29,971 nt of DNA from a virus (lineage: Duplodnaviria > Caudoviricetes). Each line of letters opens with the position of its first letter. The first letter of the stretch is position 1. The position numbers and the translations under genes are program-made. The notes beneath the pieces were generated by a model, which ran no database searches, had not been told where the DNA came from, and saw nothing but the letters and a program-made list of their open reading frames with translations. The DNA lies in the IMG/VR virus record IMGVR_UViG_3300049732_000020, positions 1 to 29,971 of that record. One strand, given 5' to 3'. Positions 1 through 6,162 of this stretch are shown here, piece after piece.

Positions 1-1
1 G

Positions 2-265
2 GGCGCTGATGTTGGGTTCAGACGCGATGAGATCGAGCGCCAGCATGTCTGCCCGAAGCCGCTGCGGCTGTGGACGAAAATTCTCAACAGGTTCTCAATG
101 GCTGGGCAGACAGTTCTCGATCCGTTCATGGGCAGCGGAACCACGTTAGTGGCGGCGAAGAACGTGTACCGCAAAGCCATCGGCATCGAAATCGAGGAGC
201 GCTACTGCGAGATCGCGGCGAAGCGATTAGCACAGGGGGCCTTGCCGTTGGACATCGGGGCGTAG
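2..265 (+). CDS. DNA methyltransferase (N4-C/N6-A, beta class), C-terminal part; 5' end outside the window
   Basis: Not in the ORF track. Frame 2 reads ...[14 protein letters not shown]...[39 protein letters not shown]..., with the HxxxKP motif and the DPFxGSGT SAM-binding motif; TAG at 263-265. Confidence 0.93.
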   Translation, partial: GADVGFRRDEIERQHVCPKPLRLWTKILNRFSMAGQTVLDPFMGSGTTLVAAKNVYRKAIGIEIEERYCEIAAKRLAQGALPLDIGA

Positions 266-325
266 ACAGCTCGGAGAGACGAGCAAAGCGCAGGCGAAGA
301 CAGCGCAATTTCTTCGGCAAAACTC

Positions 326-354
326 TTGATTTGGGGCTGGTGATGAGCGAGAAT
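326..354 (+). promoter_or_regulatory. Candidate sigma70-type promoter for the leader peptide and replication genes
   Basis: TTGATT (326-331), 17-bp spacer, GAGAAT (349-354), in a relatively AT-rich intergenic stretch. Confidence 0.5.
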
Positions 355-361
355 GGACGGA

Positions 362-446
362 GCAGAAAAGTCGGGACGCCTTGGCGGTTGCACGCCTTAG
401 CGCCCCTGACCAGTTGCAGCCGCAGGAGGGCCGCAATGGCTAATAG
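362..446 (-). ncRNA. SymR/ptaRNA1-like cis-antisense RNA (copy 1)
   Basis: Minus strand: TGC-GATACT extended -10 (460-452), TTGAGC -35 (479-474). Hairpin 1 has a CUCCUGC anti-SD loop (stem 408-421/429-441). Hairpin 2 (373-406) is followed by GACUUUU. Stem mismatches are G-U on the minus strand but A-C on the plus strand. Ends approximate. Confidence 0.6.
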
Positions 447-483
447 CCCACAGTATCGCATATCGACTGGCAGGCTCAAGTGA
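436..483 (+). CDS. 15-aa leader peptide MANSPQYRISTGRLK, coupled to the replication initiator
   Basis: Strong AGGAGG SD (424-429) before ATG 436. Its TGA overlaps the initiator GTG (GTGA 480-483), which has no SD of its own. Confidence 0.55.
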   Translation: MANSPQYRISTGRLK

Positions 484-1295
484 GCCACGTCCGCGTCGAT
501 TCCTCGGTTCCCCGCAATCGCAAATTCGTCCAGGCCGGCCCGGCCCCGTCGTGGCTCTGGCTCTGCGGCCTCGCCTACTGCCAGGAAGGCCTCACGGACG
601 GCTTCATTCCCGACGAAGCGATCGACTTCCTCGGCGTCAAGAACGCGCGCCGGCTCGCCCAGCATCTCGTGCGCGCTGGGCTCTGGGAGCGCCTCGTTGA
701 TGGCTGGCGTGTCCACGACTACCTCGAGCACAACCGCTCGGCCAGCGACATTCAGAAGCTCAAAGACGACAAGCGCGAGTACGCGAAACGTGGCGGCGAA
801 GCATCCGCACGAAGCAGAGTGGTCAAGCAGTCTGCTTCGCCAGATCCAAGCAGTATGCTTCAGCAGCCTGTGAACCCATATGTAGTTGTACCTGTAGTTG
901 AAGCTGCAGTTGTGGTTGATTCGAAGGAAAGGGGTCCGGGGAAAACCATCGGTCCACGGGATGTGTGGTTTCGCGAGCTGTGCCGCGATTACCCGAAGTC
1001 TCGCCTGACGATCGGTCATCTCACGGAGGGCGCGTTTACCCAGCAATTTGAAGAGGATACGCGAGAGGACGCGGTCATCTGGGAGGACATGCGCGCCGGG
1101 TTGCGCAACCAACGGGAGGGCTACGAATGGCGCGTCAAGGGCATGATCCCGACGCTCGAGAAATGGCTGCGTGAAGGCCGGTGGCGGCAGCGTCACGACG
1201 AAGCGCCGGCCTCCGCGGTGCTGAGTGAGCGCACCTCGAGGACGCTGACGAGCGCCGCCGAGTTCGTGAAGGAAGGCCGCCATGACGCGCGATGA
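480..1295 (+). CDS. Phage replication initiator / replisome organizer (lambda O-like architecture)
   Basis: N-terminal winged-helix-like domain (WLWLCGLAYC...TDGFIP...LVRAGLWE...GWRVHDYLEHN), KRGGEAS and low-complexity linker with iterons, C-terminal YPK...PTLEKWLREGRW domain; followed by a loader-like gene. Confidence 0.8.
   Translation: MSHVRVDSSVPRNRKFVQAGPAPSWLWLCGLAYCQEGLTDGFIPDEAIDFLGVKNARRLAQHLVRAGLWERLVDGWRVHDYLEHNRSASDIQKLKDDKREYAKRGGEASARSRVVKQSASPDPSSMLQQPVNPYVVVPVVEAAVVVDSKERGPGKTIGPRDVWFRELCRDYPKSRLTIGHLTEGAFTQQFEEDTREDAVIWEDMRAGLRNQREGYEWRVKGMIPTLEKWLREGRWRQRHDEAPASAVLSERTSRTLTSAAEFVKEGRHDAR
812..918. repeat. Iteron-like repeats, candidate replication origin
   Basis: CAAGCAGTCTGCTTC (824-838) and CAAGCAGTATGCTTC (847-861), both AAGCA-N3-TGCTT palindromes, with a degenerate copy at 812-824. 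Then TGYAGTTG at 881, 893 and 905 (12-bp period) in a lower-GC tract. Confidence 0.6.
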
Positions 1296-1773
1296 GTTCG
1301 TCGCGATCCTCTCGCCGCTGCTGCTCGGGATGCGAACCGAGTTCGATCGGCCGACGTGGAAGGTCTACTTCATGGCGATGCGGGACGTGCATCCAGCGCT
1401 GCTCGAGGCCGCCGTAGCCACGATGCTCCGTGAGTCGCTCGCGTTCTTTCCGAAGGTCGGCGAGCTCCGCGCGAGGGCCGAGAAGCACCGCCGGCAGCAG
1501 CTCGCCCTGCATCCGCACGAGGCGTGCTGCGATTGCGAGATGTCGAAGGGCTGGCGGTTCGTGGTGCGCGATGGTGTCTCGAGAGCGGAGCGGTGTCCGT
1601 GTCTCGCGCGGCATCAGGCGAAGCTGCAGTCGATGGGGTTGCTCGAGGCGGTGGCGCCCCTGCCAGGCGAGGCCGAGCGCGAGAGCGAGCAGGTCTTCCC
1701 GACGCTCGAGCAGTTGCCGGCCGATGTGCGGCAGCGTCTCGGCGAGGTCGCAGGACAGAAGGTGCTGCGATGA
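1282..1773 (+). CDS. Putative replicative helicase loader/inhibitor (G39P / lambda P-like)
   Basis: MTRDEF...WKVYF..MRD...LLEAAV...FFPKVGELR pattern plus a CxxC...CPC Zn motif; directly after the initiator. Confidence 0.65.
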   Translation: MTRDEFVAILSPLLLGMRTEFDRPTWKVYFMAMRDVHPALLEAAVATMLRESLAFFPKVGELRARAEKHRRQQLALHPHEACCDCEMSKGWRFVVRDGVSRAERCPCLARHQAKLQSMGLLEAVAPLPGEAERESEQVFPTLEQLPADVRQRLGEVAGQKVLR

Positions 1774-2201
1774 CCGAAGCGCAACGGCTGGTTCGGTTCT
1801 GGGGCCTCGTGAACAGTGGCGAGGATCGCGGCGATCTCTTGCGGCGCTATGCCGCGGTCATCGTGCAGAGGCCAGCGGCGTGGGACCGCGCGAGTATCCG
1901 CGCCGAGGTGCAGGTTCAGGGCCCTCCCCTTGAGTGCTTCTGTTGCCGGCATCGTGGCCGCGCGATCTATTGGCACCATGTCATTCAGGTGCAGTACGGC
2001 GGGTCGAATCACGGCTTGAATCTGGTCGGACTCTGCGGGCTCTGTCACGCCAGCGTGCATCCGTGGTTGCCGAAGCAGGCGCGTCCTCGAGGCCTCACGC
2101 GTGTGCGCGACCTGATGGCGCCAATCCTCGATCGCCTGATGCGCGCCTGGGATCGGAACGCCCAGCACGCCCATACCCGAGCGTCGAAGAGGGAGGACTG
2201 A
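1770..2201 (+). CDS. HNH endonuclease
   Basis: ATG at the ATGA overlap. CFCC...HHVIQVQYGGSNHGLNLVGLCGLCHASVH is a Zn-binding HNH motif. Confidence 0.88.
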   Translation: MTEAQRLVRFWGLVNSGEDRGDLLRRYAAVIVQRPAAWDRASIRAEVQVQGPPLECFCCRHRGRAIYWHHVIQVQYGGSNHGLNLVGLCGLCHASVHPWLPKQARPRGLTRVRDLMAPILDRLMRAWDRNAQHAHTRASKRED

Positions 2202-2343
2202 GTGAACGAGGTCCTAGTTTCTCTTGCCGTGGCCGTTGGAATATTCATTATGGTTGGCGTGGCGCTTGAGTCCAGGCTCATCGAGATTCGCGATGAGTTG
2301 CGAGCTATCAAGGACGCACTGAAGGCGTCGAAGAGGGAGGACT
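2181..2343 (+). repeat. 19-bp direct repeat GCGTCGAAGAGGGAGGACT (2181-2199, 2325-2343)
   Basis: Exact repeat at two consecutive gene ends (both proteins end ASKRED); it contains the SD of the next gene. Confidence 0.9.
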
Positions 2344-2345
2344 AA
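2202..2345 (+). CDS. 47-aa single-TM protein
   Basis: Not in the ORF track. GTG after GGAGG; MNEVLVSLAVAVGIFIMVGVALESRLIEIRDELRAIKDALKASKRED; TAA overlaps the next ATG. Confidence 0.7.
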   Translation: MNEVLVSLAVAVGIFIMVGVALESRLIEIRDELRAIKDALKASKRED

Positions 2346-2593
2346 TGCCCACCTTCGAGGTTTTCTGCGCCTGTGGAGCCCAATGGCACGGCGCCTGGGT
2401 GGATCAGGCGCAGGTCGCGATCGCCAGGCATCGAATTATGTGCGGCGCGCCGATCAGTCATCAGCGGTTCATTCGGAGATTTCGGCAGTCGAAGCCCTGT
2501 TTGTGCCGCACCTGCCGAGAGGAACGGGCGCGGCAGTCGAAGGTCAACATCGGCTATCTGTCCGTGCCGATTCGTGTGGAGGCTCGACCGTAA
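2345..2593 (+). CDS. Hypothetical Cys/His-rich (possible Zn-binding) protein
   Basis: GGAGG SD, TAATG coupling; CACG...H...C...CLCRTC. Confidence 0.65.
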   Translation: MPTFEVFCACGAQWHGAWVDQAQVAIARHRIMCGAPISHQRFIRRFRQSKPCLCRTCREERARQSKVNIGYLSVPIRVEARP

Positions 2594-3132
2594 ATGCAGA
2601 AGATTCCGACGATGTTCGTGAGGGATGAATCAAAGAAGGGCCATCCCGTGATGCTCGCGATCAAGACCGAGTGTCAATGGGTGCTCGATGGCGAAGGCGT
2701 CGCGACGGCGAAGCTGGATGGGACCAACGTCAAGATTGAGAACGGGCAACTACTCAAGCGGCAGAAGCCCTTAAATGGCGACTACGACGAGGCGTGTTAC
2801 GTCCCGTGCGATCGCGCCAACCCAGCCGACAAGTGGGCGTTCGAAGCGTTCGATGCGCTGGCCACGAAGGGTGATGGCATTTACGAACTGGTCGGCCCGA
2901 AGGTCCAAGGGAATCCGCACGGGTATCGTGGGCACGTGCTGGAGTTGGTTGTTCCGCCCGGCGAGATGGTGATGGCGCTGGAACTCGGCCCGGCTGATTT
3001 GTCGTTCGACGGGCTGCGTGAGTGGCTGTCGCGGTCACCATTCGAGGGCATCGTCTTTCATCATCCTGACGGACGGATGGCGAAGATCAAGCGCCGCGAT
3101 TTTGGTCTGCCGTGGCCGATTCGTGTGGAGGC
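2566..3132 (+). repeat. 18-bp direct repeat GCCGATTCGTGTGGAGGC (2566-2583, 3115-3132)
   Basis: Exact repeat at two consecutive gene ends (both encode PIRVEA); contains the GGAGG SD; flanks the ligase-like gene. Confidence 0.9.
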
Positions 3133-3142
3133 GAGGGGATGA
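2594..3142 (+). CDS. ATP-dependent RNA ligase-like nucleotidyltransferase (DUF5565/RLIG1-like)
   Basis: Motif I KLDGT, YELVGPKVQGNP, motif IV EGIV and motif V AKIKR. Confidence 0.75.
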   Translation: MQKIPTMFVRDESKKGHPVMLAIKTECQWVLDGEGVATAKLDGTNVKIENGQLLKRQKPLNGDYDEACYVPCDRANPADKWAFEAFDALATKGDGIYELVGPKVQGNPHGYRGHVLELVVPPGEMVMALELGPADLSFDGLREWLSRSPFEGIVFHHPDGRMAKIKRRDFGLPWPIRVEARG

Positions 3143-3813
3143 CACGCGCACGTCTAGAGCAATTGATCCGGCGGTACCTGTCCGTCCGAGAAACGGTCGA
3201 GGGTGAAGGCTGGAAGCATGCCGGGAAGAAAAAAGGCCATGAGGCCGTAGGCGCCCTGACGGTTCTCGATCAAGTGATCATAGACCTCTCCTCCGTCCTC
3301 GCCCAACTACCGCAAGAGCCAGAACCAGAGTCTCAGGCGCGCGTGGACGCGATGGGAGCAGGGACCCATAGCCCTACCGCGATGGAAGAACCAGCCGGTA
3401 GCGTGCGCGGGCCGCACTACCCGCTCGGCGAGCTTGACGCAGCGAAGTGGGCAGCCGAGTTTGTGCGCCTCTTCGGCGGTGATGAGGGCCTGATGCTGGG
3501 GTGGTTCGCCAACGCCATCATGACGGGCTACGACGAGGCCATGAGACGCCAGTCCCCAGCGGCCCGCGAAGCTGGAGGCGACGTAGCGGCCCGAGCCCAC
3601 CCTGAGGGGAAAGCCAAAGACGATGCATCGGAGGCGGCGATGGCGGCGCCTGAAGTTCCCTGTGCCAACGGGCACGTCTGGACCCACCAATTCGGTGATG
3701 ATTGGACGCCGGAGACGGGCACTTCCTGCGATTGCGGCAAGAAAAAATGGGGCATCCCACTGGCGGTTGCACAGGAACCTGGTCCTCCGGTCACGGTGGA
3801 GCCGAAGCCGTGA
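3139..3813 (+). CDS. Hypothetical mosaic phage protein
   Basis: ATGA overlap with SD. Central DAAKWAAEF...GWFANAIMTGYDE segment and C-terminal CxxGH...CDC motif. Confidence 0.65.
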   Translation: MTRARLEQLIRRYLSVRETVEGEGWKHAGKKKGHEAVGALTVLDQVIIDLSSVLAQLPQEPEPESQARVDAMGAGTHSPTAMEEPAGSVRGPHYPLGELDAAKWAAEFVRLFGGDEGLMLGWFANAIMTGYDEAMRRQSPAAREAGGDVAARAHPEGKAKDDASEAAMAAPEVPCANGHVWTHQFGDDWTPETGTSCDCGKKKWGIPLAVAQEPGPPVTVEPKP

Positions 3814-4016
3814 AGCGCCCCGAGCTACGTGACCTCGACGCCTACGACTTCCCCTACGTGACGCCTGGCGACCTCGCGCGGCTCCCGCACGTGAACTGCG
3901 ACCCGCGCACCATCCTGCGGATGATCGAACGCCTGGACGGCTATCGCGTGGGGCGCAACTGGCGGATCCCGATCGAGTCTGCGCGTCGCGCCTTCCCGCT
4001 GAAGCGCACCGCATAG
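3810..4016 (+). CDS. Excisionase/MerR-like HTH (HTH_17) DNA-binding protein
   Basis: GTGA overlap. YVTPGDLA...CDPRTILRMI..LDGYRVGRNWRIP is the Xis-type winged HTH pattern. Confidence 0.8.
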   Translation: MKRPELRDLDAYDFPYVTPGDLARLPHVNCDPRTILRMIERLDGYRVGRNWRIPIESARRAFPLKRTA

Positions 4017-4032
4017 TTTCACGGGGAACAGA

Positions 4033-4133
4033 CATCCTGTGTATCCTGCGCATCTTCGGCACTAGACCATTGCGTTCCTGATCGCGGACGCGCATCTTAC
4101 CTAACAGCGGGACGACCTTAGCCTCCGCTGTTA
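4033..4133 (+). promoter_or_regulatory. Candidate late promoter with upstream 9-bp tandem repeats and a leader hairpin
   Basis: CATCCTGTG-TATCCTGCG-CATCTTCGG (4033-4059); TTGCGT (4070-4075), 17 bp, CATCTT (4093-4098); 9-bp stem TAACAGCGG/CCGCTGTTA (4102-4110/4125-4133). Confidence 0.55.
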
Positions 4134-4136
4134 ACC

Positions 4137-4625
4137 TTGCTCACCCTGAAAGAACGTCGGTTCGTCAGCGAGTATCTCGTTGATGGGAATGGCCTTCAGG
4201 CCGCCATACGTGCGGGCTACGCGCCGAAGTCCGCGCACGTCACGGCCTCGCGGCTGCTAAGGAAGCCTAACGTCAAGGCTGCTGTAGACGCCAAACGTGC
4301 TAAGCAGCTCGAATCCACTGACCTGACCGCGGCGCGCGTGCTCGAGGAAATGCGCCGCCTCGCCTTCTCGGACGTGCGCCAGTTGTTCGACGAGCACGGC
4401 AACCTGCGCCCACTGCACACGTTGACCGCGGAACAGGCCGCGTGCATTGCCGGCGTCGAGGTCATCATCAAGAACGCGAAAGCGGGCGACGGGCAAACCG
4501 ATACCGTCCACAAGATCAAGATTTGGGACAAGCCGCGCACGATGGAGATGCTTGCGAAGCACTTCGGGCTGCTGATGGAGAAGATCGAGCACTCCGGACA
4601 TGTGACCTACGGGTGGCAAGAGTGA
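4137..4625 (+). CDS. terS: Terminase small subunit
   Basis: LTLKERRFVSEYLVDGNGLQAAIRAGY...ASRLLRKPNV and C-terminal LAKHFGL; immediately upstream of terL. Confidence 0.93.
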   Translation: MLTLKERRFVSEYLVDGNGLQAAIRAGYAPKSAHVTASRLLRKPNVKAAVDAKRAKQLESTDLTAARVLEEMRRLAFSDVRQLFDEHGNLRPLHTLTAEQAACIAGVEVIIKNAKAGDGQTDTVHKIKIWDKPRTMEMLAKHFGLLMEKIEHSGHVTYGWQE

Positions 4626-6037
4626 GCGAGCAGCAGACGCGGTTCGTTCCTATACCGTATAAGCCGCGCCTCTGGGCGAAGAAGCTCCACGACAGCCTGA
4701 AACGGTTCGCGGCCCTTGTCCTCCATCGCCGTGCCGGCAAGACCACGGGCGTTATCAACCACCATCAGCGCGCGGCGCTCTCGGATGATTGGGAGCGCAA
4801 GCGTCTACTCGCGCTGCGGCCCGACCTGACGGCGAGTCACCTCGATGAACTGATTCGCCCGCCTGGGGGTAGACATTACGGCCACGTGATGCCCCTGCGC
4901 ACGCAGGCGAAGCTCGTGGTGTGGGACAAGTTGAAGCACTACGCCAGAGCAGTGGAAGGTGTGAAGTTCAACGAAAGCGAACTGCTCGTTCGGTACCCCA
5001 ACGGGAATAAATTCCAACTGTTCGGGGCCGACGATCCTGACGCACTGCGCGGCCCGGCGTTCTCGGGCCTCTCGTTCGACGAATACTCCCAGCAGCCGCG
5101 CAACATCTTCTCTGAGGTCTTGTCGAAGGCGCTGGCCGAGCATCTGGGGTACGCCATCTTTCTCGGGACGATTAAGGGCACGGATCATCTGTACGACACC
5201 TACCAGGCGGCGTCGAAATCGGAAGCATGGTTTGCGCTCTGGCAGGATGTGGACGCCAGCATTAAAACCGAAGACGGCATCACGGTGCAGTTGCTCGAGC
5301 AGGCGATGGCCGACGATCGCGCGCTCGTCGAGCAAGGGTTGATGACGCAGGACGAGTACGACCAAGAGTGGTACTTGTCCGCAGAGGCCGCCGTCAAGGG
5401 CGCGTACTTCGGCAAGGAGATGGCGCAGGCGCGTTCGGAAGGCCGGATTACGCGCGTGCCCTACGATCCTGCGTTGCCTGTCGATACGGATTGGGACCTC
5501 GGGATCGATGACTATATGTCGATTTGGTTCAGCCAGTCGTTGCGGTCGGGTGAAGTCAGGTTGATTGACTATGAGGAGAACTCGGGCGAGGGGTTCCCGC
5601 ACTACGTGAAACTGCTTCGTGAGAAGCCATACGTGTACGGTAAGCACTACCCGCCGCACGACATCGCTGTACGCGAGTTAGGGACTGGCAAGAGCCGCAA
5701 GGAGACGGCGGCGAGTTTGGGATTGATGTTCGAGCATCCCGTGTTACCAACGATGGACCTGGCTGACGGCATCAACGCCGCGCGAAGCATTCTTCGACGG
5801 TGCTGGTTCGATGCTGAGAAATGCAAGCGCGGCGTGGATGCGCTCCGGCAATATCGAAAGTCGTACGACCAGCGCCACGACCAGTTTCGAAGTCAGCCAG
5901 TGCATAACTGGGCGAGTCACGGCGCCGACGCCTTCCGTGGGCTCGCGGTGCGGCACCAGGTGCCCAGCGATGCGATGGTGACACCCTTCCAGCCGAAAGC
6001 CGTGCATACCGGCCACACGGCGTTTATGGGGATGTAA
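4622..6037 (+). CDS. terL: Terminase large subunit
   Basis: GTG at the GTGA overlap. Walker A HRRAGKT, LRG..FSGLSFDE Walker B, nuclease WDLG...PHD...SHGADAFR. Confidence 0.96.
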   Translation: MSEQQTRFVPIPYKPRLWAKKLHDSLKRFAALVLHRRAGKTTGVINHHQRAALSDDWERKRLLALRPDLTASHLDELIRPPGGRHYGHVMPLRTQAKLVVWDKLKHYARAVEGVKFNESELLVRYPNGNKFQLFGADDPDALRGPAFSGLSFDEYSQQPRNIFSEVLSKALAEHLGYAIFLGTIKGTDHLYDTYQAASKSEAWFALWQDVDASIKTEDGITVQLLEQAMADDRALVEQGLMTQDEYDQEWYLSAEAAVKGAYFGKEMAQARSEGRITRVPYDPALPVDTDWDLGIDDYMSIWFSQSLRSGEVRLIDYEENSGEGFPHYVKLLREKPYVYGKHYPPHDIAVRELGTGKSRKETAASLGLMFEHPVLPTMDLADGINAARSILRRCWFDAEKCKRGVDALRQYRKSYDQRHDQFRSQPVHNWASHGADAFRGLAVRHQVPSDAMVTPFQPKAVHTGHTAFMGM

Positions 6038-6162
6038 TGGAGCCGAAGCCGCTCGTCTGCCGCTACTTCGTGCGTGGGCATTGGGATCTGCGGGTGGACC
6101 AGTATCGGTGCGCGAACTGCGGGCACCTGAAAGCCTCACATCGAGCGGCTCATGGCGTCTAA
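6037..6162 (+). CDS. 41-aa putative Zn-finger micro-protein
   Basis: Not in the ORF track. TAATG coupling to terL; MEPKPLVCRYFVRGHWDLRVDQYRCANCGHLKASHRAAHGV; overlaps the portal start. Confidence 0.5.
   Translation: MEPKPLVCRYFVRGHWDLRVDQYRCANCGHLKASHRAAHGV

Noticed and set aside
70-435. 137-aa ORF 70..483
   Set aside because: Overlaps the methyltransferase out of frame; only the last 15 codons have an SD.
126-1283. Long minus-strand ORFs (also 6563-7771, 15459-16529, 18087-19100 and others)
   Set aside because: Antisense shadows of high-GC3 plus-strand genes, with no recognisable motifs.
2181-3132. Direct repeats as a CRISPR array or attachment sites
   Set aside because: Only two copies of each, with gene-sized spacing and coding function; no cas or integrase gene in the window.
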